Shown here in pieces: positions 39,514-51,550 of a DNA stretch of 64,000 nt. Source of the stretch: Squalus acanthias (taxonomy: Eukaryota). The position numbers and the translations under genes are program-made. How positions within the stretch are numbered: the first letter of the stretch is position 1; each line of letters starts with the position of its first letter. Location: contig CM059432.1 in NCBI GenBank assembly GCA_030390025.1, positions 148,988,001 through 149,052,000 on the forward strand, read 5' to 3'. The notes below the pieces were generated by a model. That model saw only the letters and a list, made by a program, of their open reading frames with translations, was not told the DNA's origin and made no database searches.

Positions 39514-39612
39514 CACATTGATATTCAGCGGCTTAGGCCGTTTGGTGCTTTCCAGAGCAAAGATAGTATACTCAGAGAGAAAAGCAGGCTCTGCTATCAT
39601 CTCGGCCAACAG
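39514..39612 (-). CDS. GOLGA4: GOLGA4 probable cassette exon (LLAEMIAEPAFLSEYTIFALESTKRPKPLNINV)
   Basis: Long pyrimidine tract then gacAG, donor GTG|GTGAGT, 99 nt in frame. The MIAEPAFLSEYTIFAL motif is recalled from non-mammalian golga4 isoforms. Confidence 0.8.
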
Positions 39613-41466
39613 CTGTCTCATTCACAAGCAGAAAAGAAGGAAACAAAGAAAATGAAAAAAAAATACTCAGAGAAAATGGTGCACATATCAGCAGCAAAAC
39701 AGGTAAAATGGTTCAAACTATATTCTCCACATAGGAGGGTTCAGACTTGAATCTGGCTTCACTGCACATCTATTCAAAGGCACATGATTGGGGGAAAATA
39801 ACAATGTTTGGGCAAATAAAATTCTTTTTCATCTTTGCAGCAAGTTACAGCAGCCTAAATCAGGTATAGAGTTAGTTATGAACAATTTACAGCTTCCTCC
39901 AGGCATCCCAAAAGTGCCTTAATTTGGTCCTAATTTTGGTACAAGATTCGTGTATTCGCTAAATGAACCTACAGTCTGGAAGTTTAATACCCAAGATGAG
40001 CAGCATCTACCATGATTGTACCTTGTTTAAAGGAGACCATTGGAAAAAGCATTAGGACCTCTTATCTGTAAAAAAAAACCACGGTCGTAAATTTATCAGT
40101 TACAAAGCAAACTTAGTGTTCTGGTTTGACCAGGCTACTTTGCAGATTCATGTTTAACATGTCAAAAGCCACAGCACCTAACTGTTCCATAGTTAACAGA
40201 AAGCTTCATTCACATTGATACTTCATTGCTCAAACACGAACCACCAATATAGAACATCTTACACATAATCAGCACATGCCGCTCCATGTGATGTGGTGAG
40301 ACTCGGGAGGGGGGTGGGGGTGGGGGCGGGGCAGGGAGAGAAAAGAGCAAAATAAACATTAAACTCTCAAACGCTTCGACAAGCAAAATATTGAGAAAAG
40401 AACAAGCTTAAGTAATGCAATGAACAATTAATACAATCTCATTAGCTCAAATTTAAGAAGTTGCACAGCATATTAGTCTTTACATTTCAAGTTGCACAAA
40501 TCCAGAATGTAACAGATGACGACTTAGAAAACTTGGGAGAAAGGGAGTGGATGACCTTTAATAAGGTGGCACTGAGGTGTGTTCTAACTGCCTTTTATTG
40601 CCTCAGGTCATGTATGAAAGAAAAAAAAATTGGCTCGGGGGTTCCCACTCTTGATTGGTATCCATGACCCTGCCTTTAATGCATGCTTGGGTGCCTGATA
40701 GAGATAGGATCAGACTTAGCTTTAATGCTCTTCTCGGTTGAAAATCTTGCCAAAAATCATTTTTCAGCTTCATACCTCAACAATCGATATTTAGGAAGTG
40801 TAACAAAGCACAGAACACACCGTCGAGGCAGTGTAGGAGAAGTTTACGCTACACTGAACATGTATTCAGACTGTGCAAAAACTGGAAAATATGCTATTCC
40901 TCAGTACAGATCGTCCTCACATTAATGAGCATAAAATTACAGTATAGAGAAAAAAAATTATTCAAGGATTTTGTATTCAACTTGAAGACTTTACAGAAGT
41001 CACTGAACCCATCTTTATGGAGAGGATACAGAGGGTAGAATAGAAAAGCCGAACACACTTTGTTGAGTGATGGTGATGTTTTGAAGTTCAAATTAAAATT
41101 TACCTTAGTATGCATCACCTGCATACAAATACCTGTGCATGTGACGCAATAATGAAGTCAAAGACACACCTTCCTTGATAAAAACATTGATCTTTTTCAT
41201 TTCTTACTCAAAAATATCACACCATTAAAATGTAACTGACCAAGTTAATTATACTTTCCTCTTTTGCCACCCAATTGTTGTCTTTTTCTCATTAACTTAC
41301 ACTTTTTTCTCTCCCTTTAGCATAAACAATCAACATGTTAATCTATTGTTGATTAAATTTTATTCCCCCCCCCCCCCTCAAATTCATTGATATCTCACTC
41401 ACATATTTACCTTACTCTTATTTTCCCCTGAAACATTTCACCCCTTAACACTGGCTTAATCAGAGC

Positions 41467-42428
41467 TACACAAATCCTTAAAGGTGGCAGGGCACGTTGA
41501 TAAGGTGGTTAAAAAAGCATATGGGTTACTTGAGTTTATCAATAGAGGAATTGTATTTTAAAGCAAAGACATCATGCTAGAACTTTATAAATTACTGCTA
41601 AGCCTCAGCTGGCATGTTCGGGACACCACACTTGAGGAAAGATGTAAAGGCCTCAGAAAGGGTACAGAGGAGGTTTACCAGGATCTTACCAGGGATGAGG
41701 GATTTCAGTTATGAGGAGAAGTTGGAAATGTTAAGACTGTTCTCCTTGGAATAGAGAAGGTTAAGAGGTGACCTAATGGAGGTTTTCAAGATGATGAGAG
41801 GTTCTGATGGAGTAGAGAGAGAAGAACTATTCTCTCTGGTGAGTGGGTCAATAACCAGAGGTCATAAATTCAAAATCAATGGAAAAAGATCTAGAAGCTG
41901 ATTCCATAAATAATTTTAAAAGGGAGTTGGACAGGTACTCGAGGATGAGGAACTTAGAGGATTACAGACAAATAGCGGGGATGTGGGACTAAGCACGACT
42001 GCTCGTTCAAAGAGCCAGCACAGGCACGATGGGCCGAATGGCCTCCTCCTGTGTTGTAAGTTTCTATGATTCTTGGAATATTTTTCTTCAGGAGACCTTG
42101 GCAGTTCAAGATGTCCTGCTTGAGGGTTATTCGGAGTTCCATTCTGGGAAACCTTCAATTTGTTATTTAACAAAATCTAGAGTGTTTCAACAATACTAAA
42201 TCTTGTTAAACCCTTACCTTAAATGATTCAGCTTCTAATTGATTAGAATAGCACAGGCGATTTAATTACCCTCCATACCAAGTTGTGTGTGAGCTCGAGT
42301 GGTTTTATAATTGAATTATTACATTAATAATTTTTCACTTTGTATACTTTTTTTTTTAGAAGGAGATGGGGAAGAGACTGTGAGCTGCTTTTTGCCCTCT
42401 TGAAAATTTCTACAGATGTTTAAACTCA
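41467..42428 (+). repeat. Inverted duplicate of 18358-21113 lacking its two later insertions (CR1 3' part plus about 355 bp of flank)
   Basis: 42061-42350 is the reverse complement of 18651-18940 with 3 mismatches by manual comparison. Confidence 0.92.
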
Positions 42429-44317
42429 GTTCCGACAGTCTAAAAGGCATGGATCAATATTTTAAAAATATTATAAAACCAGTTAATTGCATTGATACTT
42501 AAAGTGAAAAGGAAAATAATGTTGCGAGTTTAAATTCCAGTGCTGTATCCAATGAAGATTAAAACATATTTTAATTGACTCCTTATCGGGATACATTAAA
42601 AGTAAAAGCTTATTTTGTGCAATTCAAAATGAGCCTGAACAGATGTGTGACAAGGCGCAATGCAAGTGTATAATGAACTTGGATAGTTGCCAATTTGAAT
42701 AATTTGCCATGCCCCAACAAAGGTCCCTGCTTTGAAAGGTAACATGGAAAAGACTTACAATCTCTCCCATAAATATAACTCTCAATAACAAAAAGAACTA
42801 CAAAGCAGACCATAGGTATACCCCATATTAAAGTGTTTACAAAAATATATGTGTATATACTTAATACCACAGAAAACAATCGCAGTAATTAAACTTCACC
42901 CATAATATTATTCCAATGGTACACAGCGTCACCTAGAACGTCAGCGTGTAGGTGCTGCAGTGCTTCACTGCAAACTTGTATCTTATCAACAGTCACTCAT
43001 ACCACCCTTAGTCAATTTACATTATATATACTTGGCCATCATTCATATTGGAGATGCAAATAATGCTCAATTAAGCAGAACAATTAGCAACTAATCTACT
43101 GGTCATCAAACTCGTCACCAGTACAACTTGATATTGAACATACATCTGGTTTAGTCATTTAGATCTTGTTGGTGCTAAAGTAAGCAATCTTAAATGCTGC
43201 ATTTAGTACTCGAGCATTTGGTTTTGTCTGTGGAAAGAAGTATATCAGATATAGTTCGCTGAGCATGAAAATACGTATCACTGAGCAGATATTTAACCAA
43301 ACTGCTGTGCTTTTAAGAGATATTTAATGCATCAAAATATATGACCGATCATACCAGCAATAAATAGAATAATCCATTAACAAGGCTGGATGAACATGTA
43401 AATTATTCACAACTCCTCAAGCAGTGGGTTGGTCGGTATTCTGAAGAATGAGGTCAAATTCGCCGAAGTGCCTTATTCATCCAACCTAGCAAGTGATCTT
43501 GATTGGTTCATTCAGCCAAATTAACACTCAAATTAATTGCTTGTAATGCATTTTAAGAACTCATCTCACTTGAGAGGAGTTTCCTGGATTCAAGAAATTT
43601 CTGTCAGGTTACAGTGCCAGCACATTAGGTCATCCACTTGGCTTGATAAACTTTAAAAAAATATATGCAATGGCACCAGCCTCGCTTCAGATTATTTGAT
43701 ACAGGTCTCCTACCAATATCAAACTTGCAATGTAAACAGGGTTTAGGTTTCACTCGCTATACTGGCACAAGGACCTTGAGGCAATCTTGCTGAATTATGA
43801 GCAAAAGAGTTACATTGCCCCATTGTGGTAGTCTCTCATTCTCTGTACTTGGCTTATTCTAACATATTAGGGTTAAGGCCACTGCCAAACAGAAGAAAAT
43901 GTGTTGAAGGAAATGTACTTACTATGGCCTTATAACAGCAAAGTTACATTCCATGCTGTACAAGAGCCATGGCATAAAACTGAAGTAGCAGCATAAGAAT
44001 AACGGGTGGGAACGGTAAGCTACACAATTATAACGAAGATAATCAGACTGAAGGTAGGTAATTTAACTAGTCACATTCCTCATTCCTTTATGATCCACTT
44101 ACATTAAGCTAAGCTTCTACAAAAATCAGAGGTGGGCGGATTAATAATTTAATCTTCAGGCTCATTTTAACAACAGATGTGCCAAAGGGTATCTTTTCTG
44201 AAGGATAATTCTAAATATTTAGCGACGGCATGGGCATTGCTCCCAACTCTGATATTGGCCTGAGAGCACCAAAGCTGAGAAAAACTTAATCAGGTCTTTC
44301 CAAACAATTTGTGGGTA

Positions 44318-44709
44318 CACGGGTACGGTAGCATAGTGGTTATGTTACTGGATTAGTAATTCTAGACTAATGATCCGGAGACGCGAGTTCAAATCCCATC
44401 GGTGGAATTTAAATTCAGTTAATTAAATAAATCTGGAATTAAAAAGCTAGTGTCAGTAATGGTGTCAATAATGAAACTACCGGATTGTCATAAAAACCCA
44501 TCTGGTTCACTAATGCCCTTTAGGGAAGGAAACCTGCCGTCCTTACCCGGTCTGGCCTATATGTGACTCCAGACCCACAGCAATGTGGTTGACTCTTAAC
44601 TGCGGTTCAAGAAGGCAGCTCACCACCATCTTCTCAAGGGCAATTAGGGATGGGCAATAAATGCCGGCCTTGCCAGCGACGCCCACATCCCATGAACGAA
44701 TGAAAAAAA
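44318..44709 (+). mobile_element. tRNA-derived SINE with a LINE-derived tail
   Basis: A box TAGCATAGTGG (44329-44339), B box GTTCAAATCC (44387-44396). Body matches 61660-61953 (-); tail matches the LINE 3' end at 33360-33460. Confidence 0.88.
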
Positions 44710-45706
44710 CCCCAGAGAATTCAGGAAGCAAGCACGAGCGTTTCAATAGATCCAAAATAGAATAATGTTATGTAAAATGGTTAGCTACTCAGGCAGGGAG
44801 ATTTTTCTAGGAGGGCCCAAAGGCAGTTATCCATCTCACTTTATTGTAAAGATCCCAAGAGGTCAACTGAATACGAGAAGTTGCTGTCACATATGCCCAC
44901 ACGGAGATCAATGGCTGTGCAGCAACATCGGCCCTCATCTTTCTGAACCAGGTCAAAAACCTTAGATGAGGTAAAACATTTAATCACTGCCAATAATGAG
45001 ACCAACGCTTCCACAGTGAAGATTTTAATTTGTCTTCGTCCAAATACTTCCGAGAACTGTTTCTAGCTTAGGGTGGCCTGGGAGCTTCAATGTCAGTGGC
45101 CACTTTAGTGCACCAACTCCCTAGAGAAGGAGCATCAGAGAACATATTGATTTCTATTAATGTTGCTGTACGACCATAGCGGGTGTTGACTTGACAAGTC
45201 CCAGAGATGGCTAAAACACCTGGTATGGAATGAGACAACAAACTACCTTAAGTCAAAGGTTTTTTTTACAATCAGAAGCACGTGCGAGGGCATTGTGTTA
45301 GGGGGATCTTGGAAGGAGCAGAGGAAAATACATCTACTCTTTCCTTAAAAGTACTTGAGGTACACACTGTGGTAATTCCCATTATCCAAGCAGGCTTGGG
45401 GCCTGCCTTTGAGGACACAGGATGCAGTGAATCAAACAAAGCCATTCTATTTTTAAGAATCAGTCTCCCACACTGAATTTATTCTCAAAATGTTCTTCTG
45501 GAGAAAACGAGATAATCTTCACGTTCATTGTAGTTGCATCTAAATGGAAGGCAACAAACACTGTTGATGGTCATCAGTTGCTGGAGAAGCCCGAAAATAG
45601 GATTTGCAAAATGTCAAACTCCCTGTCGGGACAAAATCGCCACAGATATTTCAACGTGACTGACAAACAGGGTTCCAAAAAATGTTCCAGTGTGAACAAA
45701 AATAAT

Positions 45707-45864
45707 GGCCCAGAATTTGCGGTGGGCAGTAACAGCGAACTAATAGCGTTCGCTGTTATTAATTACCCCTTTGAAACTGACCGCAACTTCAGGGTGTTGA
45801 GCATGCACATAAACACAGAAATCCTGAACGCCTTTGCTTTGCCACTGACTGCAAATTCTGGGCC
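45707..45864. mobile_element. 158-bp Harbinger-type MITE
   Basis: Perfect 14-bp TIR GGCCCAGAATTTGC / GCAAATTCTGGGCC, with AAT TSD at 45704-45706 and 45865-45867. Confidence 0.88.
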
Positions 45865-46109
45865 AATGTACACAGCAGAATTTCTTCAACTCGCTTGATG
45901 AGACATTGCTGAGAATTAAACTGCAGCTACATACTAGAACCAACAAGCATCGCACAATATGAGAAAAAATTTCAAGAGCTTTTTCTATTGAGAAAATATC
46001 ATGCTGGTGCAAGAGTAAAGGAAGCTTTTTCCCCTCTTTTCTGAAGGCACCAACTCGCACAGGGGACAGTTCAATGGGAACCTTCAGAACTCTGGTAGCT
46101 CACCCAAGT

Positions 46110-46400
46110 GTCCATTCTTTGCGAATGAGCAGAGACAGGAAGCATAGGCAGGCTATTCAACTTGGGAGCCATCACAGCCAAGCCAAATCAGTTTTCACCA
46201 GATCTCCACAGAAGTGCTACATATCTTGTGGCACTGGATATCAATCAGAAGCAAGAACCCAATTTGACTTTTCGCTTCCAAGCCCATGGCCACTTGCAGT
46301 GTCTCAAGTGTTACCCTGGCTTCGATCAGCTAAGTATTACAGACTGGGAAATGAGCCTGGGACATTCTGCCTTAATGGTTTAGTAGTTAACTCTGCAGCA
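46110..46400 (-). mobile_element. Ancient LF-SINE-like relic
   Basis: Minus strand CCCAGG.TC.TT.CCCAGTCTGT..TACTTAGCTGATC..AGCC resembles the LF-SINE head as recalled; highly diverged. Confidence 0.35.
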
Positions 46401-47040
46401 CCTTTACTTGGTCATCTGGAGTGCTCCTGTACAGAAAGTTTTACTGTACATCTGGCTGTGTCATACTTGGCCTAGCAGTATTCAAACTAATTTGAATATT
46501 AAAACTAAATGCCAAAAATCGAAAAGTACTTGATTATCTTAGACTGATAGCCATCACTTAAAAAAAGCACAAAAATTGTAAATACTTAGTCTACTTAAGG
46601 AGCAACAGTACAATGCTGCTACTGAAAACTGATGAGAAAAATAAGTGCGGACTGGTCTGATAATCCTCTGCAATGAAATGACCTGCGGTACAGTGAAACA
46701 ATTAACCCGAGGTGAATGATCGAACTGATGAACTCTCCCCCCACAATATTCATACAAATGGAATAGTATTCCATTTTCCAGTACAATCAGCTCTAATGAT
46801 GAAAAGCGAGAAGAAATAGTGGAAAGAAATGGAAACAGTTCAATGTACAAGTTAGTAGAGCCCACACAGAAGTCCTTGTTACGGTGTTTCCATGGAAGGA
46901 AATAAAGCACTGGTGCAGCATATCAAATTCATGTTGCTTTGACCCTGCAATCAGTTCAACACTTCATCAAGTAAATATAAAACCTCTATGGTGATGTGCA
47001 TTTTGTTCCAAAGTACAAACATTTTTGGACTTAAACCTAC

Positions 47041-47142
47041 CTCTCTGTCACCTGGATTGAAAGTGCCTTCATTATGCTGGCCCGACAAGGAAGAGGTGCG
47101 GCTTCGATTTCCTGTTGAAGGTGGAGTGGATTTTGGAGAGGC
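47041..47142 (-). CDS. GOLGA4: GOLGA4 coding exon 2 (ASPKSTPPSTGNRSRTSSLSGQHNEGTFNPGDRE)
   Basis: Acceptor tctcttttccccAG, donor GAG|GTAGG, 102 nt. RSRTSS...EGT...RE resembles mammalian exon 2. Confidence 0.9.
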
Positions 47143-47537
47143 CTGGGGAAAAGAGACTGTCTTCAGAATTTGAAAAAATATGATCAAGGACCTGGCTTAA
47201 AAATCTGCATCTGACAATCCCATGTACTTACCACTTTGGTATTTTTGTTTTAATACTCCCATAAATCTGTCTTTGCGAGTCTTTAAAAATGGCATTGTAA
47301 ACACAGAGGTTTATTAACTCACCAATTATGAGAGCTGAACCAAAAAGTGTTTAAAATCGAAGTGTGTGTCCATGCGGTATACAATTTTAAATTTTACACA
47401 TACTTTAAAATATTTACTTTTTAAAAATACTGTTAATTATTTCACCGATTCCAGTCTAAGATCTATCTTTGTATTGCTACTGATATATTCCTACCTCACT
47501 AATTTTGCTTAGCACTATCTACATTGTTTGATCAAAA

Positions 47538-48000
47538 AGAACATAACATAAGAAATAACAGGAGTAGGCTATACAGCCCCTCGAGCCTGCTCCACCATTC
47601 AATAAGATCATGGCTGATCATCGACCTCAACTCCACCTTCCCGCCCAATCTCCATATCCCTCGATTCCCCGAGAGTCCAAAAATCTATCGATCTCAGCCT
47701 TGAATATACTCAAAGACTCAGCATTCATAGCCCTCTGGGGCAGAGAATTCCAAAGATTCACAACCCTCTAAGTGAAGATATTCCTCCTCATCTCAGTCTT
47801 AAATGGCCGACCCCTTATCCTGAGACTATTCCCCTTAGTTCTAGACTCTCCAGTCAGGGGAAACAACCTCTCAGCATCTATCCTGTCAATCCCCCTCAGA
47901 ATCTTGTATGTTTCAATGAGATCACCTCTCATTCTTCTAAACTCCAGAGAGTATAGGCCCAATCTACTCAATCTGACTTCATAGGACAGCCCTCTCATCA
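47538..48000 (-). mobile_element. CR1 3' end
   Basis: LGLYSLEFRRMRGDLIETYKIL plus canonical 3'UTR. Confidence 0.9.
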
Positions 48001-48699
48001 TAATAACAATCAATAGTACTTGGTACAATGTGATAACCTCAGTTTAATCTCAGCTGCAGTATCACTCCGACAGGAGCTCTTTGTGCCTCTCAAAACAGAT
48101 CTAAAAAGATTCAGAAACAGCTGAAACACATTCAACTCTTTGCATAACTTAATTGATTTCCTTCCCACAAAAAATTGACAAGATACTTAAAATGCATCTT
48201 AGTACGGAGTTAGAGATAAATATTCCCACTACGTCTGGGGCTTCCAAGTGAAGGTGATGGCGGCAGCAGTAGCTGGGTCTCAAGACAACCCTCTAAGTAT
48301 AACACACAATCTTTTTTCAAAGGAGACTTAACATAGCAGACAACCATAGCTGGAGAGTTGAGAGACTGCCAGCATTACACATTTGAGTATTAAACTGACA
48401 AATATATATGCAATTATGCTCATCAAAACTCTAGCAACTTGAATTTATATAGCACCTTTAATATTAAAAGTAAAGTCACAAGGCATTTCAAAGACAGGCA
48501 TGTGGAAAACTGAGCCAGAGAGGGAGATTTTAGGGGAGGTGGCCAACAGCTGAGTCAAACAGATGGGCTTTGAGAGTTTTTAAATGAGATGGTGCAGAGG
48601 CATAGAGGTTAGGGAGGGAGTTCCAGAGAGTGGGACCCAGGTAGCTGTATGCTCTGCCACCAATGACAGGGCACAAGAATCGGGGGATATTCAAAATAG

Positions 48700-50990
48700 C
48701 AGGCAAAATGCTAGAATCTATTATTAGTGACGTGGTAACAGGGCACTTAGAAAATAATAAATAGGATTAGGCAGAGTCAACATGGTTTTATGAAAGGGAA
48801 ATCATGTTTGACAAATCTGTTCAGAATTTTTCGAAGATGTAACGAGTAGGATGGATAAGGGGGAACCAGTGGATGTAGTATATTTGGATTTTTAAAAAGC
48901 ATTCGATAACGTGCCACATAAGTGGTTATTACACAAAATTAGGACTCATGGGATTGGGGGTAATATATTAGCATGGATTGAGGATTGGTTAATGGACAGA
49001 AAACAGAGAGTAGGAATAAGCAGGATTTTTTCAGGTTGGTAGGCTGTAACTGGTGGGGTACCGCAAGGATCAGTGCTTGGGCCTCAGCTATTTACAATCA
49101 TTGGGCCGGATTTTCCGACCCCCACGGGTGCGTACAAGGTGTGGTTTGAGGCATGCGAATCCAGCACTTGCGATGTCAAGAATCCTCTTGACAGATCATC
49201 TGCCCTGCCCGGGAAAAGGGCCTCTGCGGACAGAGAGTTGCGCTTTCTGCACAACTTCCGCCCACTGAAAACTTTAAAAATCTTACGCCAGCTTTTACCA
49301 GCATAAGAGTTTTTTTTTTAAATTTAAAAAAAAAAATTCCCCACTCATTTATAATTTAAAAATACTTGGAAAAAAGGTAAGTTTATTTTTAGCCCCGTAA
49401 AAAACTTTATTTTTTTCAAAAAGTTTAATTTGTTTAAAATATTTAATTTAATGTAATTTTAAACACGTGATTTAAAAAAAAAATTATTTAATGTTGAACT
49501 GTGTTTTTTAAGTGATCTCCATTCATACTTTTAACAGTTCTGTGCGGAGAGACCTGTCAAAAGTGTGAAGGGGGATTCCCTTCTTTGATTGGTTCCCCAT
49601 GGCCCACGTGATCCCAGGGGCGCTTGCGAACCGCCTGCGCCCCTGGGATACCTGGGATACCTGGGCCTCTGCGCATTTCGTAGTGGAGAGGCCCAGGATC
49701 GCAAGCCTCGGGACCTACGGAGCCAGCAGGTAAGTGCGTAGATTTTTTCCGATTGGAGGCATCCACACGCAGGAAGCCTCCGATCGGAAATTCAGGGCCT
49801 ATATTAAATTACTTAGATGAAGGGACTGAGTGTAACTTATCCAAGTTTGCTGATGATACAAAGTTAGGTGGAAAAGTAAGCTGTGAGGAGGACGCAAAGA
49901 GGCTACAGATAGATATAGACAGGTTGATTGAGTGGGCAATAACATGGCAAATGGAATACAATGTGGGGAAGTGTGAGGTCATCCACTTTGGTGGGATAAA
50001 CAAAAAAGGAGAATATTTTTTGAATGGTGAGAGACTGGGAAATGTTTGCACTCAGAGGGACCTGGGTGTCCTTGTACATGAATCACAGAAAGTTAACATG
50101 CAGCTACAGCAAGCAATTAGGAAAGCAAATGGTATGTTAGCTTTTGTTACAAAGGGATTAGAGTATAAGAGTAAAGAAGTCTTACTACAATTATACAGGG
50201 CATTGGTGAGGCCACACCTGGAGTACTGTGTACAGTTCTGGTCTCCTTACCAAAGGAAAGACATACTTGCCTTAGAGGGAGTGCAGCGAAGGTTCACTAG
50301 ACTGGTTCCTGGGATGAGGGGATTGCCCTATGAGGAGAGATTGAGTAGACTAGGCCTATAATCCCTAGAGTTTAGAAGAATGAGAGGTGATCTAATTGAA
50401 ATATAAAAAGAAAGGGAGAGAGGAACGGTAATGGGAAGAATTACCAAAAGTCGAGCGCCTGGCCAAGGTGACGACCCAGGTACCACTCCGGCCCTAGTCG
50501 AGTAAAGCCCGACTGGCGAAGTCCTCGTACTGCAACTGGCCAAGAAGCAGCAGAGGCTTTCACTCGGAACGTGCCATTGAAGAAGGACGTGGTGTGTTCC
50601 CGTCGAGAGGAGGTGGCAGAGTCCTCGGGCAAGGAGCTCCACGGTCCACCTCCAGGGTTAATACTGGGAAAATATTTCCCCTGGTTGGGGAATCTAGAAC
50701 ACGAGGTCACAATCACAAAGTAAGGGATCGGCCATTAAGGACTGAGATGAGGAGAAATTTCTTCACTCAAAGGGTTGTGAATCTTTGGAATTCTCTCCCC
50801 CAGAGAGCTGTGGATGCTCAGTCATTGAGTATATTCAAGACAGAGGTTGATAAATTTTGGGGAATTAAGGGATGTGGGGATAGTGCGGGAAGGTGGAGTT
50901 GAGATAGATGATCAGCCATGATCTTGATGAATGGCAGAGCAGGCTCGAAGGGCCAACTGACCGACTTCAGCTCCTATTTCTTATGTTCTT
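48700..50990 (+). mobile_element. CR1 RT and 3' end, interrupted by a MITE and a 244-bp insert; preceded by an L2 tail (48435-48690, -)
   Basis: [34 protein letters not shown] and canonical tail. Confidence 0.9.
49103..49799. mobile_element. MITE of the same family as 26644-27398, opposite orientation, inserted in a CR1 RT region
   Basis: Starts GGGCCGGATTTTCCGA and ends TCGGAAATTCAGGGCC. Shares the GGAGGC..CC/GGAAGCCTCC hairpin and internal blocks. Confidence 0.75.
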
Positions 50991-51550
50991 AAAAGGGCAT
51001 AGTCAGAGGAACAGATTGTTTGGAGGAGACGGGAAGAAATATATGGCTGGAAGAGATTGCAGAGATAGAGTGGGCAATGCCATGGAGGGATTTAAAGACA
51101 GGGATAAGGATGTAAAATTCAAGGCATTGGGAACGGGGTGCCAATGTACATCTGCGAGGACAGGATGATACACATACAAACACCCTTATCAAGTTATCCC
51201 ATCACAACTATGTAAGCCAAATGCACAATGAACAAAGAGGAATACAATTACCAAGTGATTAATACTTGAGTGTTACAGGTCTTCTTCACTTTTAAAAGAC
51301 ATTGTTCCACTATTTCCTCTAACACACTATCAGGAGTTGTTAGAATGTGAAACTCGCTACCACAAGGAATAGTTGAGGCAATTCGCATCGATAAGCGCAT
51401 GAGGGAGAAAGGAATAGAGGGATATGTTGATGGGGTTTGATAAAGAGTGCGAGGAGGCTCGTGTGGAGCAGAAACACCGCATGGACCTTTTGGGCCGAAT
51501 GCCCTGTTTCTGTGCTTTAAATACTTTGTAATTTTGTAACTAAACCTAAT

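Noticed and set aside
40305..40337. G-quadruplex motif
   Set aside because: It is an isolated G-run on the template strand, common by chance, with no supporting context.
41916..42173. Extra GOLGA4 exon in the duplicated flank (NGTPNNPQAGHLELPRSPEEKY)
   Set aside because: There is an AG acceptor-like site but no good downstream donor before the CR1 tail, and no recognisable homology.
44321..44400. Functional tRNA gene (also 61860-61953)
   Set aside because: A and B boxes are present, but I see no convincing cloverleaf, and the sequence runs on into a retroelement body.
49587..49612. ER-stress element in a MITE (ATTGG...CCACG)
   Set aside because: The spacing is 11 nt and the orientation fits neither ERSE (CCAAT-N9-CCACG) nor ERSE-II (ATTGG-N-CCACG).
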